Assembly: GCA_963744145.1 (NCBI GenBank)
Contig: CAVUSO010000001.1
Coordinates: forward strand, 7,520,001-7,584,000
Direction: 5' to 3'
Length of the DNA stretch: 64,000 nt
Source: an uncultured cyanobacterium
GTDB taxonomy: Bacteria > Cyanobacteriota > Cyanobacteriia > Cyanobacteriales > CAWUOF01
This document shows positions 18,302 to 30,058 of the stretch, piece by piece (positions within the stretch are counted from its first letter, which is position 1; every line of letters starts with the position of its first letter). Below the pieces are notes generated by a model. That model saw only the letters and a program-made list of their open reading frames with translations. It was not told where the DNA came from and did no database searches. Made by a program: the position numbers and the translations under genes.

Positions 18302-19144
18302 CTAAATCGATACAAAATCCTGCTGTTGAACCGCAGAAGTAGGAACATTTTTCAAAATTCCAATTACCCTACCAGTGCTAGTCAGGGTAATCACTGTATC
18401 TGTGGGATTTGCAGGATCATTGCTTGCCTGGATCGATAAACTACTAAAAGCTAGACCACCACTTAAACCGAGGAAATCCTCTGTATGGTTAAAATCAGTA
18501 ATTACCTGAACTGCACCTGGACGGGAATCAAGGACAAAGGTATCAGAACCAGCACCACCAGTCAGAGTATTTGTGCCTAAGTCACCAAAGAGCAGATCAT
18601 TGCCATTACCGCCATTGAGCATATCATCTCCTTGACCACCATGAAGGGTATCATTCCCATCACCACCTAACAAGGTGTCATTCCCTTTACCACCATAGAG
18701 CAAGTCATCCCCTAAATCGCCCGATAAGAGGTCACTACCAGCCCCTCCAAACAAAGTGTCATTACCTTGACCACCAAACAGGCTATTATTCCCTGGACCG
18801 CCGCTATAGAGGATGTCATTGCCTTGGTTACCATAGAGGATGTTATTGCCGGGTCCTCCGAACAAAGTATCATTACCTTGACCACCAAACAGGGTATTAT
18901 TCCCACCACCGCCATAGAGGATGTCATTCCCTTGGTTACCATAGAGGATGTTATCCCCTAAATCTCCGAACAGGATGTCATTACCTAGACCCCCAAACAG
19001 GATGTCATTCCCTTGACCACCATATATAGTGTCATTTCCATCTAACCCATATATGGTGTCATTGCCTTGAAAACCAAGGATTGAATCATCCTGAAGAGTA
19101 CCGTAAAGTAAGTTATTGTTATTATCTCCTAGTATGGTTGCCAT
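18302..19144 (-). CDS. RTX/hemolysin-type calcium-binding repeat protein
   Basis: Many GGxGNDxLx nonapeptides and a C-terminal ITDF module; AGGAG RBS. Confidence 0.9.
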   Translation of the reverse strand: MATILGDNNNNLLYGTLQDDSILGFQGNDTIYGLDGNDTIYGGQGNDILFGGLGNDILFGDLGDNILYGNQGNDILYGGGGNNTLFGGQGNDTLFGGPGNNILYGNQGNDILYSGGPGNNSLFGGQGNDTLFGGAGSDLLSGDLGDDLLYGGKGNDTLLGGDGNDTLHGGQGDDMLNGGNGNDLLFGDLGTNTLTGGAGSDTFVLDSRPGAVQVITDFNHTEDFLGLSGGLAFSSLSIQASNDPANPTDTVITLTSTGRVIGILKNVPTSAVQQQDFVSI

Positions 19145-19350
19145 TTGGGTTTAATTACTCCTTAAAAACAAAAAAATTACCATCATGTTGTTACACTCTA
19201 ATTGACCAAACTTAATCTTAGTCAGACATTGGTGAGTTTTTTCTCAAGTATATATACCTCTAATTTTCATAAAAAAGTCTAATCAATCCCAGCCTAGATC
19301 AAGATAAACTCTCAAACATTGGCTTTACCAATACAAACAAGGCAGATCTT

Positions 19351-20820
19351 ATGTCAGTTCAACTTTCTTTATCTGTGTCTAGTTCCCAGCCCATTAAATT
19401 TGGTACTGATGGCTGGAGAGGTGTAATTGCTGCTGATTTTACCTTTGAGCGCGTAGCTTTAGTAGCGCCTTTAGCTGCTCAGGTTTTAGCAGATATTTAT
19501 GGTAATAATACAAGCAATCGGTCGGTAATAGTTGGTTACGATCGCCGTTTTCTGGCAGAAGATTTTGCTCAGGTTGCAGCCCAATCTCTCAAAAGTGCCG
19601 GATTTAATGTGATTCTTGCCAATACCTATGCACCTACACCAGCTTTTAGTTTAGCTGCTTACCAACAAAAGGCTCTCGGGGCTATTGTCCTGACTGCGAG
19701 TCACAATCCTGCACCCTATTTAGGACTGAAGGTAAAAGGTGCTTTTGGTGGGTCAGTTGCGCCAGAAGTGACGAAACAAATTGAAGCATTACTGAATCAA
19801 CCCCAATCCCCCTCAAGCAATCCTGGTGAAATTACTACTTTTAATCCCTGGCCCAGTTATGCTGAAACACTTCGCGCTCAAGTAGATATATCGGCCATTC
19901 GAGCAGCAATTCTGAGCGGTCAACTTACCTTGTTTGCTGATGTGATGTATGGTGCCGCAGCAGGGGGGTTAGCAGCTATCCTCGGCCCAGATGTGACCGT
20001 ACAGGAAATTAATTATCGTCGCGATCCTCTATTTGGTGGTGTTGCTCCGGAACCTTTACCTCGTTATCTTTCCCATTTGTTTAGACTCATTCGCTCCCAT
20101 CAAATTAATCATCCCACCGGTTTAGCTGTGGGGTTTGTCTTTGATGGTGATAGCGATCGCATTGCTGCTGTCGATGGTCAGGGTAATTTTCTCAGTTCCC
20201 AAATCCTGATCCCGATTTTAATTGAACACCTAGCCAAACGACGGGGTTTGACCGGAGAAATAGTCAAAACTGTCAGTGGTTCCGATTTAATCTCCAAGTT
20301 GGCTCATTTATACCAACTACCCCTCTTTGAAACACCAATTGGTTACAAATATATTGCCGATCGGATGTTAGACACCCAAGTCTTAGTCGGAGGTGAAGAA
20401 TCTGGTGGAATTGGTTATGGAACCCATATTCCCGAACGCGATGCTCTCCTTTCTGCTCTCTATGTGTTAGAAGCTGTCGTCCAATCTGGTCAGGATTTGG
20501 GCAAACTTTATCAACAACTCCAAGCCCAAACAGGCTTTAGTTCTGTTTATGACCGCCTTGATCTACCCTTAGCTAGTATGGATGTACGCGATCGCTTACT
20601 TACCCAATTAAAACAATCACCTCTCACCACAATTATCGGTCAGCCAGTCGTAGATTGTAACCCGATGGATGGTTATAAATTCCGTTTAGCCGATGGGAGT
20701 TGGTTACTTATTCGTTTTAGTGGTACTGAACCAGTTTTACGTCTTTATGCTGAAGCTCCTACTCGCGCACAAGTTGATCTGACCTTAAACTGGGCTAAAG
20801 ATTGGGCAAATAGTTTTTAG
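19351..20820 (+). CDS. Phosphoglucomutase/phosphomannomutase
   Basis: FGTDGWRG, TASHNP, DGDSDR, GEESGG, RFSGTEP motifs. Confidence 0.95.
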   Translation: MSVQLSLSVSSSQPIKFGTDGWRGVIAADFTFERVALVAPLAAQVLADIYGNNTSNRSVIVGYDRRFLAEDFAQVAAQSLKSAGFNVILANTYAPTPAFSLAAYQQKALGAIVLTASHNPAPYLGLKVKGAFGGSVAPEVTKQIEALLNQPQSPSSNPGEITTFNPWPSYAETLRAQVDISAIRAAILSGQLTLFADVMYGAAAGGLAAILGPDVTVQEINYRRDPLFGGVAPEPLPRYLSHLFRLIRSHQINHPTGLAVGFVFDGDSDRIAAVDGQGNFLSSQILIPILIEHLAKRRGLTGEIVKTVSGSDLISKLAHLYQLPLFETPIGYKYIADRMLDTQVLVGGEESGGIGYGTHIPERDALLSALYVLEAVVQSGQDLGKLYQQLQAQTGFSSVYDRLDLPLASMDVRDRLLTQLKQSPLTTIIGQPVVDCNPMDGYKFRLADGSWLLIRFSGTEPVLRLYAEAPTRAQVDLTLNWAKDWANSF

Positions 20821-20837
20821 GATGCAAATAATTATTA

Positions 20838-21422
20838 ATGAGCAAGCAAAAATTGTTAGTTGTAGCGACGGGAAATCCCGGTAAAGTCCGGGAAATGCAG
20901 GATTATTTGACAGATTTAGGCTGGGAATTAATCTTAAAACCAGACCATTTAGATATTGCCGAAACCGGAGATACATTTGCAGCTAATGCTTGTCTCAAAG
21001 CTAGGGCGATCGCCCTAGCTACCAACAACTGGGCGATCGCTGATGATTCTGGGTTAGAAGTCGATGCTCTTGGTGGTGCCCCGGGAATTTACTCAGCCCG
21101 TTATGGTCAAACTGACTCAGAACGGATCAATCGCTTACTCCAGGAGTTAGGAAATACTACTAATCGTGGGGCTCAGTTTGTTTGTGTCATCGCGATCGCC
21201 CGTTCCAATGGGGAAATTGCTTGCCAAACCCAAGGTATTTGTCGGGGGGAAATCATCCATGCACCTCGTGGTCACAATGGCTTCGGGTACGATCCCATTT
21301 TTTATGTACCTAGTCAGGGTTTAACTTTTGCCGAAATGACCCCAGAATTAAAGCGATCGCTCAGCCACCGTGGCCAAGCGATCCAAGCATTGCTACCCCA
21401 GATCAGGGCTTTAGTTGAATAG
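20838..21422 (+). CDS. rdgB: Non-canonical purine NTP pyrophosphatase (RdgB/HAM1)
   Basis: ATGNPGK, ADDSGL, PGIYSAR, GFGYDPIF, SHRG motifs. Confidence 0.95.
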   Translation: MSKQKLLVVATGNPGKVREMQDYLTDLGWELILKPDHLDIAETGDTFAANACLKARAIALATNNWAIADDSGLEVDALGGAPGIYSARYGQTDSERINRLLQELGNTTNRGAQFVCVIAIARSNGEIACQTQGICRGEIIHAPRGHNGFGYDPIFYVPSQGLTFAEMTPELKRSLSHRGQAIQALLPQIRALVE

Positions 21423-21570
21423 AAACTCGGTAGATCGGAAATTTAACGATGGTTAACAGCAAATAGCATCAAGGAAACAGCGATTACTAACCTCAATTGA
21501 GCAGTAAAAACAGAGTTTTTTTCAACTTGGCTTTTCACCATCATTTGGGGTTCTTTTGCTATTGACCTGT

Positions 21571-21969
<399 letters not shown>

Positions 21970-21971
21970 TT

Positions 21972-22012
21972 ACTATAGCCGTCAATCTCCAGTATTTTGT
22001 AGCTTTTGATAC
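21972..22012 (-). promoter_or_regulatory. NtcA-activated promoter of glnB
   Basis: GTATCAAAAGCTAC (GTA-N8-TAC, 21999-22012) followed 21 nt later by TATAGT (21972-21977) on the minus strand. Confidence 0.8.
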
Positions 22013-22061
22013 TATTGTTGGCCTAACCGAGGATGGGAATTAACCCGTAGTAATTTGTACA

Positions 22062-22096
22062 AATTGACGATCACTCATCTGAGGTGATCGTCAATT
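22062..22096 (-). terminator. Stem-loop downstream of desB
   Basis: AATTGACGATCAC / GTGATCGTCAATT inverted repeat. Confidence 0.6.
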
Positions 22097-22140
22097 AGTC
22101 TGCTTGGTAGCTAGTTGTTGCCGTTGATGATCCAGCCTCA

Positions 22141-23214
22141 CTAATTAGCGCGAGCAGATTTGGCTTGATAATAAACTACATCACCGGTATCAGGAACAAA
22201 TTTACAACTATTACGGGAACGCCACAAAGAGTGCAGAATGGATCGGGATGATTTGTGGTAATAATTTCCTAAAATTGGTTTGACTGCTTCGTTAGCAGTT
22301 TGGAGATGATAATGGGGGATAGTGCTGAATATATGGTGAACTACATGGGTGCCAATGTTATGGTGAATATCATTGATCAAACCGTAGTCATGGTCAATGC
22401 TAGAAAGGGCACCTTTGAGAAAATACCAGTTGTCACCACGATACCAAGGAACATCAGGATCAGTGTGGTGTAGGTATGTGACCAAGTCTAGCCACACTAC
22501 AAATACTAGGTAAGGTCCGAGATAGAATTTGACAAAGAACATCCAACCATAGGAGTAGGTTAACCAGCACAAGACACCAACCATCAGTGTCCAGCAAGTG
22601 GTGCTAGTGATTACGTCCCATTTTTCTGTGGGTCGAAATAAAGAACTACTAGGGAGAAAGTGGGAACCTTTTTTGCCTGGGGAACGAACAAATAGATATA
22701 AAGGATAGGCAAGGAGAAATAAATTCTCGCTCAGAAGCTTCATATAACCAGGTGTATGGTTATAACTTGTTTCTGATTTTGGATACCAGCTTTCATCTGT
22801 ATCGATGTTTCCTGTATTCCCATGATGGGTTCTATGACTGATCCGCCAACCGTGGAAAGGAACGAGAATGGGTGAATGGCATAAATGACCAATCAGGTTA
22901 TTTAACCATTTGTGTCGGGAAAAAGAACCATGACCGCAATCATGACCGACCACAAAGAGTGCCCAAAACATTGTTCCCTGCATCAGCCAGAAAATTGGCC
23001 AAAAAAACCAGGAATCTAGATAAGATGCGATCGCATATAGCAAACTGATGATTGTCAGATCCCAAACAAAGTAAAACAGTGATTTCCAGCTAGAAGAGAC
23101 AAAGCAATGTGCGGGAATAGCTGCTTTCAATTCTGCCAGTGTGAAAGGTAGTTCTGAGCAACCAGTCGCTGCTTCTTGTTGAGGATTTTTGTGCGTAACA
23201 AGATTAGATTGCAC
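22141..23214 (-). CDS. desB: Omega-3 (delta-15) acyl-lipid desaturase
   Basis: His boxes HDCGH, HRTHH, HVVHH; QGTMFWALFVVGHDCGHGSF. Confidence 0.9.
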   Translation of the reverse strand: MQSNLVTHKNPQQEAATGCSELPFTLAELKAAIPAHCFVSSSWKSLFYFVWDLTIISLLYAIASYLDSWFFWPIFWLMQGTMFWALFVVGHDCGHGSFSRHKWLNNLIGHLCHSPILVPFHGWRISHRTHHGNTGNIDTDESWYPKSETSYNHTPGYMKLLSENLFLLAYPLYLFVRSPGKKGSHFLPSSSLFRPTEKWDVITSTTCWTLMVGVLCWLTYSYGWMFFVKFYLGPYLVFVVWLDLVTYLHHTDPDVPWYRGDNWYFLKGALSSIDHDYGLINDIHHNIGTHVVHHIFSTIPHYHLQTANEAVKPILGNYYHKSSRSILHSLWRSRNSCKFVPDTGDVVYYQAKSARAN

Positions 23215-23406
23215 GAGATTTCCAATTTACCCCTACTATATACAAGAGGAATTATTGTATAGTTAGGTATTTCTGGCAATAGTGAGTTAAAGGATTTATT
23301 AATCAACCGTCCAATCACTGGGATCGATGATCATAAAATCTCTGATTAAATACGGTTGCTTTTTCCAAGCTAATCTGTTAAAGAGGAAAAATATTGTTGG
23401 CTGATC

Positions 23407-25972
23407 TTAAGTAAATAATGCCCCACCCATTAACTTTTGATAACGTTGTTCTAAGGCAAATTTAAGACTGGGCCATTTGGCTAGAGTTTCATCTTTTTCC
23501 ATTACTTTTTCGGCTGCTTCTCTGGCTAATTCTAAAACAGCTTGATCCGCAACTAAACTAGCTAAAGCAAAATCAGCTAATCCCGATTGACGAGTACCTA
23601 ATACTGCACCAGGACCCCGTAAACGCAGATCCATTTCTGCAATAAAAAAACCATCTTGTGATCCTGCTAATACTTGTAATCTTTCCCGCGCATCTTCTGT
23701 AGATCGAGTATTACTCATTAATAAACAATAAGCGCGATCGCTACCACGACCGACTCTCCCCCGTAATTGGTGCAATTGCGATAAACCAAAACGTTCCGCA
23801 TTTTCAATTAACATGACGCTAGCATTAGGAACATCAACTCCCACTTCGACTACGGTAGTAGAAACTAAAATTTGAGTTTCGTTATCACGAAATTTATTAA
23901 TTGCTTCTTCTTTTTCTGCACTACTCATTCGACCATGCAGTAGACCGACTTTAAAATCATGAAAAACATTTTCTTGCAATTTGTGATATTCTTCAATTGC
24001 CGATCGCAAATCTAATTTTTCTGATTCTTCTACTAAAGGTAATACAATATAAGCTTGTCTGCCACTTGCTACTTCTCTCTGGATTAAGTCATAAGCATCA
24101 GGACGTTCTTTTGAGGATAAAACAGTGGTTTGAATTGCTTGTCTTCCCGGAGGTAATTCATCAAGCTGACTGACATCTAAATCTCCATGTAAGGTGAGTG
24201 CTAAAGTCCGAGGAATGGGAGTAGCTGTCATGGTCAGAACATGGGGAACTCCATTCATTCCTTTTTGTTGTAATTTAGCTCTCTGTGCTACTCCAAATCG
24301 ATGTTGTTCGTCAATTACTGCTAATCCTAATTGGTGAAATTTAACTGGATCTTGAATTAATGCGTGAGTTCCTACTAATACAGGTAATTCACCGGTAGCT
24401 AATTGAGAATTGATTTCTTTACGTTTAGAAGCTTTAGTAGAACCGGTGAGTAATTCGACTGGTAAATGTAATAAATTAAACCAAGAAACCAGTTTCCGAT
24501 AATGTTGTTCGGCTAAAACTTCGGTGGGAGCCATTAGTGCTGCTTGATAACCGCATTCAATTGTAGCTAACATCGCTACTACTGCAACTACTGTTTTTCC
24601 AGCACCGACATCTCCTTGGACTAAACGATTCATTGCTTCTGGTTTTTTTAAATCATTCAGAATATCATTAATTACTCGTTTTTGCGCTCCTGTTAATTCA
24701 AAGGGAAGTAATTGATAAAACTTTTTAATTAATTCACCTTGAGCGGCGATCGCAGCACTTGCTTGAATTTGACGCTGACTAAATTTCCGTTTGAGCATTC
24801 CTAATTGGAGATAAAAAAACTCATCAAAGACTAACCAACGTCTGGCAATACTTAGGGTTTGTTGATCGCTCGGAAAATGAATATTTGCGATCGCATCTTT
24901 TAACTCAACCAACCCATATAAATTTCGTAACCCTGATGGGAGTGGATCTTTAATTTTTTTAGTTGCTGGTAAACACTTAAATACTGCTCGTCGTAATAAA
25001 TTTGCACCTACTCCCTCGGTCAGTGGATATACTGGTGCTACTCGTCCAATAATCATCGAATCAACCTGATCATCTGGACTAGAAAGAACTTCTAATTCTA
25101 ATTTGTCTAAACTCACCCCATATTTACCTTTTTTGACTAACCCCGAAGCTGCTACCATTGCTCCTGGAGGATAAAGTCGTTTTTGCATTTCTTGCCCATC
25201 GAACTGAGTAATTACCCGGAAAAAATCGATTGAGTTTGATTTGTCCAGTGCGATCGCTTAAAACTAGCTCTAAAATATTTAATTTTTTATTTCGCGGACT
25301 ACTAAAACAGGTACAGCGTTTAACTGTACCAACAATTGTGACTGTTTCACCTGGATTTAAGTCACGAATATTGACCTGAGTTTGATGATCAATATGATCT
25401 CTTGGGTAGTAATAAAGTAAATCACCTACTGTATATAACCCTAACTTAGCTAACTGTTCCGCTGCTTTTTTTCCCAGACCAGAAATTTGGTCAATTGATT
25501 GATCCAAAGCATAATTACTGTTAGCTCCATTTTGAGGACTAGCTAGGGAAATTTCCACCTGATAATTTTGCTTTTCCTCCTGAAAATTTTCGATATCTTT
25601 ATAGTTCTGTAATTTTTGCTTTTGTTGTTCTTTTAATCGTTTAATATCTTGGTCTGAATTTTCTTGATCATGCGGTTGACCAATTTCCTTTTTTTTGCAG
25701 GATTGTTGCATCTGGAAAAGGAACCAACGAGTTTGAGCAATCAATTGTTCCCGTTGTTCACCAGTTAATTGGGGATACTCAGCAAACCGATTAGCCATTT
25801 CGTGCCATTGACGAATTTCCGCATTTGATAAACATTGTGGTGGTTGACTGAGACTGATTTGCAAAAACTGATTAAAGATATATTGTTTACCTACTAGGTT
25901 AGTAAACCCATGTTTTGTTTCTGCTAATAGAGCTTTTTCCAATCTCCCCCAGTCTGGTAATTCTTCTGACAC
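23407..25972 (-). CDS. recG: ATP-dependent DNA helicase RecG (frameshifted near 25196)
   Basis: LVQGDVGAGKT, DEQHRFG, TATPIPR, QLRGRVGR in the distal ORF and wedge domain in the proximal ORF. Removing one G restores RWQEMQKR. Confidence 0.92.
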
Positions 25973-26037
25973 TGTTGCTCTCTCTTGTTCAGGTAAAGAT
26001 AGATGACTAAAAAGTTAAATCTATCACCATTATAACC

Positions 26038-27000
26038 TTATTCATCAAACCAGGTAGCACGCCAAGCTGCTTCAGCTTTAGCGATCGCCAGTTCTTTTTC
26101 TTTTTTCTGATATTCCCGTCCGATGCGATGCAATTTGAGGGAAAGATTGCGAATTTGGCTACGCCAGGTAGCGACAGTTGGATCAGCAAACTCAATTTCC
26201 GATAAGCGTAAATGAATCGCCATAATATAAATCGTACCATTAGCAAAATTTGTTGACCCCATCATCTGATCAGGGTCTTCAATATTTTCTGCTTCAATGA
26301 TTAAATTTAACAAATTTGGCGGACCCGGCATTGCTTCTCCATTAGATTCAGCTTTAACCGCGGCTTCTAAAATTTGTCCTGGTAATTTTTTGGGTAAAAT
26401 CCCATTTTGTTGTAGCGCCCGATTAGTACGACGGGATGTAGTTTTAATAATTTGGTTAATCCCATTTTCCAAGTCTTCTTGCCACTGGGCCAAATCTACT
26501 GGTGAGCGCACTTCTGCTAATAAAATTTTCTTTTCCTGTTTGTTTAATAACAAATTCGCAATTTCTGATCCTGGTAAATTTAAAACTGGGGAGTCAGAAT
26601 TGTCTGATTTAATTGTCTCAACTACCTCCTGATTTTTCAATTTTTCTTCTAACTGTCCTAGTTCCCCAGTTTCATGGGTTTCATTACTTAACTCTTCTAG
26701 TTCATCAGTAGAACTTTTTAGCAGCTTCAGCAACTGATTTTCGGCTTGTCGAGCTAGCTGACGAATCGCTTTTTGCAATTCTTGTTTGCCACTAAAAGAT
26801 ATACTCAAAAAACGCTCAGGATAACCTTGAGTACATAAATGATAACTAGCTAAAACTAATTGTTGCCGTACCGCTTGCCCAAAAGCGGTTAAATATTGAA
26901 AGTAGGCTTGGTGAAATTCTTGGGCGATCGCTGTTACGGTATCTTCGAGCGTTTTTATTTCTTGTTCAATTCGTTCGACTATTCGTACCATTCCTTGCAA
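26038..27000 (-). CDS. Conserved cyanobacterial hypothetical coiled-coil protein
   Basis: QQLVLASYHLCTQGYPE and EAAWRATW motifs; 320-aa ORF. Confidence 0.8.
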   Translation of the reverse strand: MQGMVRIVERIEQEIKTLEDTVTAIAQEFHQAYFQYLTAFGQAVRQQLVLASYHLCTQGYPERFLSISFSGKQELQKAIRQLARQAENQLLKLLKSSTDELEELSNETHETGELGQLEEKLKNQEVVETIKSDNSDSPVLNLPGSEIANLLLNKQEKKILLAEVRSPVDLAQWQEDLENGINQIIKTTSRRTNRALQQNGILPKKLPGQILEAAVKAESNGEAMPGPPNLLNLIIEAENIEDPDQMMGSTNFANGTIYIMAIHLRLSEIEFADPTVATWRSQIRNLSLKLHRIGREYQKKEKELAIAKAEAAWRATWFDE

Positions 27001-27031
27001 TTTTTCTAATTACTGATTTAACTTATCTCTA

Positions 27032-27991
27032 CTAACGCCCAGCATAAGCTGACATTGGTTCTTTAATAAACCGAATATAAAGATGCTTAAAGGTAGAACG
27101 AAGCACTCGAGGTAACCCAAAATCTATGGGCATCAAATTTGTTGGTAATTTCCAATCTGATACTTGTAATTCTGTAGGTGACATTAAAGGAAATTCGATC
27201 GCTTCTAAATTGCTACATAAACCTAATTTTATCGCTGCTGCTACTGTCGGTACTACTTGGGGATCGACTTTAACTATTTCCACTACACTACGATCAAGAG
27301 CAAATACATCTGTAGCTGCGGCTAAAATTCCTAGTTCCCGAGGTTCACCCCCACTCGGACCATTACCTTCGTGACCAATAATCCCGTCGAGAATAGTTAA
27401 ATCTGGATTAATTGTCCGGGCTGTTTCTACTAACATTTGTCCAAATCTAGCTGCATCTTTACCTGCTTCTAAATGCCACCAAGCTTTCATTTTACCAGGT
27501 ACACAACCAAATAAGTTTTTTACTCCCATAGTTAAGGTTAGTTGCATATGGGATTTCAACTTAGGTAAATTAATTACTACATCAGCACCGATCGCTTCTT
27601 TACTTAGTAACAGGTGATTAAATTCCTGACTGACAGTTTGATAACGCTGTCCGTGAAACTCAATAATTGGTAAATTCAATTCTTCTAGTAGGGGTAGATA
27701 ACCATTAGCTGTAGCGACACCTTTGGCACTTCCAAAAGCTGGACTATCTCCCAGAAATGGTTTACCACCAGCATCTAATACCATTTTCGCTACACAGTAA
27801 ACTATTTCTTTCCGGGTGACACATTCTTTGGTCGGACGGGAACCTGTGAGTAAATTCGGTTTGAGTAAAACGCGATCGCCCGGTTTGACAAAATTGCTGA
27901 TCCCCCCTAATGGCTCGAGCAAATTTTCTAAGGATTCTCTTAAGGATTGTGGTTGATAAGATTGAGCGCGAATTAAACTAACACTAGACAT
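27032..27991 (-). CDS. DUF362 family protein
   Basis: VLLKPNLL, INLPKLKSH, TMGVKNLFG, GHEGNGPSGG motifs. Confidence 0.88.
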   Translation of the reverse strand: MSSVSLIRAQSYQPQSLRESLENLLEPLGGISNFVKPGDRVLLKPNLLTGSRPTKECVTRKEIVYCVAKMVLDAGGKPFLGDSPAFGSAKGVATANGYLPLLEELNLPIIEFHGQRYQTVSQEFNHLLLSKEAIGADVVINLPKLKSHMQLTLTMGVKNLFGCVPGKMKAWWHLEAGKDAARFGQMLVETARTINPDLTILDGIIGHEGNGPSGGEPRELGILAAATDVFALDRSVVEIVKVDPQVVPTVAAAIKLGLCSNLEAIEFPLMSPTELQVSDWKLPTNLMPIDFGLPRVLRSTFKHLYIRFIKEPMSAYAGR

Positions 27992-28048
27992 GATTTTTTC
28001 CCTTGAGTAATTAACTTTTTTGACCCTGGTGAAATTCTTAATTGGATT

Positions 28049-28321
28049 TTAACGTCCTTTCATTAAAGCTGTTACTCGCTGACAATTGGCAAATACTCCT
28101 ACTCCTACCATTTGGTTCATTGCTGGTTTTACCTCAACTTTAATAATTCTGGAAGTACAGATAAAAACTGTTTGGTCAAATAAATGAATGATTAACCAAG
28201 GTCTTTCTAACAACAACTGAATTTGCTGCTGAAATTCTTCTGGAGAAATGGGAATATTAAACCCTTCTGACTGACCATTGTCATAATAAAATATTACTTG
28301 GGTCACATGGTCTGGTTGCAT
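28049..28321 (-). CDS. Hypothetical protein (90 aa)
   Basis: ATG with AGGG RBS; globular composition; co-oriented with neighbours. Confidence 0.7.
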   Translation of the reverse strand: MQPDHVTQVIFYYDNGQSEGFNIPISPEEFQQQIQLLLERPWLIIHLFDQTVFICTSRIIKVEVKPAMNQMVGVGVFANCQRVTALMKGR

Positions 28322-28528
28322 AAATCAATCCCTGTATAAACCTTCAGATTTTAGTTTACTTGCTCAATGGTATCATAATTACCAAAACTATTTTACCAGA
28401 TTAATCGCTGATTGTTAATAATTATAGTTGCAATTACAATGGGAACATTCTCTAGTATGGCAAAAACCGATTTTTGGAGTGAACACGCCAAAAAAGAGAT
28501 GCTCCCATCGCAATTAGCGACCAATAAT

Positions 28529-29941
28529 TTAATGATTGGACATGTTACTCATTTTCTGCAAATCTAGAACTTTTGCTAATTCCTCAGCACTCATTAGCTG
28601 TTTGTCAAGGACAATTTGCCGTAAAGATTTACCTGTAGCCAAAGATTCTTTGGCCACAGCCGCAGCATTAAGATAACCAATATGGGTATTGAGAGCAGTA
28701 ACTAAAGCTAAACTACCCTCAGCGTATTCAAGACAGCGATCGCGATTAGCTGTAATCCCGACTAAACACTGTTTGGTCAACGCCCCTAAAGCATTACCCA
28801 ATAATTCAATACTATTGATCAGATTATAGGCAATCAGTGGCATCATCACATTTAACTCTAATTGTCCAGCTTGAGCGGCTAGGGCGATCGCTGTATCATA
28901 TCCCATCACCTGAAAACATACCATAGAGGTCATTTCCGCCATCACAGGGTTATATTTTCCGGGCATGATCGATGATCCAGGTTGAACTGGTGGGAGTTGA
29001 ATTTCTTTAAATCCAGTTTTCGGTCCTGAATCCATCAACCGGAGATCATGGGAAATTTTGACACAATCTTGAGCTAAGTTGCGGAGGGAACCAGAGACAT
29101 TGACAAAAAGGGCCATACTCTGCATGGCAGCCATCAAATGTGGGGCTGGTTGGAGGGATTGACCAATCAACTCCGAGAGAATTTCTGCTACTCTTTGGCT
29201 ATATTGGGGATGGGTATTTAATCCAGTTCCTACAGCACTACCTCCCAATCCTAGTAAAGTCAAATCTTGGGCTGCGGTTTGGATGCGGTGATCATGATCC
29301 CGCAAAATTTGCGCCCAAGCACGAAAGGTTTCCCCCAAACGCACAGGGACAGCATCTTGGAGATGGGTTCGACCAGATTTAACAAGATCTTGAAATTCCT
29401 CAGCTTTAGTTTCTAAAACAGCGATCGCCTGAGTTAAAGCTGGGTAAAGAGTATGTGCTAATGCTAATAGTCCACCAATCCGAATTGCTGTGGGAATTAC
29501 ATCATTGGTAGACTGACCATAATTAACATGGTCATTAGGACTAATCCGTTGGTAGTTCCCTTTCTGATCCCCCAAAATTTCTAAAGCCCGATTCGCTAGG
29601 ACTTCATTCACATTCATGTGATGGGAAGTACCCGCTCCCGCTTGATAAATATCGACCACAAATTGATCCCGCAGTTGACCAGCTAGGATTTCGTCGGTAG
29701 CAGTAATGATTGCTTGACTAATCTCCATCGGAATACAACCAAGTTCACCATTAGCGATCGCTGTCGCTTTCTTAATCAGCAAACAAGCATCGACATAAGT
29801 GGGCAAGGGTTTGAGTCCACTGATTGGGAAATTTTCTGTCGCTCTTAAGGTTTGAATGCCATAATAGAGATCTGCCGGGATTTGTCTTTCCCCCATCGAA
29901 TCCCGTTCAATCCGATCAGTCATATTGGGTGTTTCCATCAT
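28529..29941 (-). CDS. aspA: Aspartate ammonia-lyase / class II fumarase family
   Basis: QAGAGTSHHMNVNEV, GRTHLQDA and GSSIMPGKYNP signature. Confidence 0.85.
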   Translation of the reverse strand: MMETPNMTDRIERDSMGERQIPADLYYGIQTLRATENFPISGLKPLPTYVDACLLIKKATAIANGELGCIPMEISQAIITATDEILAGQLRDQFVVDIYQAGAGTSHHMNVNEVLANRALEILGDQKGNYQRISPNDHVNYGQSTNDVIPTAIRIGGLLALAHTLYPALTQAIAVLETKAEEFQDLVKSGRTHLQDAVPVRLGETFRAWAQILRDHDHRIQTAAQDLTLLGLGGSAVGTGLNTHPQYSQRVAEILSELIGQSLQPAPHLMAAMQSMALFVNVSGSLRNLAQDCVKISHDLRLMDSGPKTGFKEIQLPPVQPGSSIMPGKYNPVMAEMTSMVCFQVMGYDTAIALAAQAGQLELNVMMPLIAYNLINSIELLGNALGALTKQCLVGITANRDRCLEYAEGSLALVTALNTHIGYLNAAAVAKESLATGKSLRQIVLDKQLMSAEELAKVLDLQKMSNMSNH

Positions 29942-30058
29942 AATTGTTGTGGGGAATTGTCGGTTTAACCGATTTTACGTCAATTATTTACCTTGAGTAA
30001 TGGGTATACATCATAGACCATGACCGTTAGACACTTGCAACAATAAACCTAGTAACAG

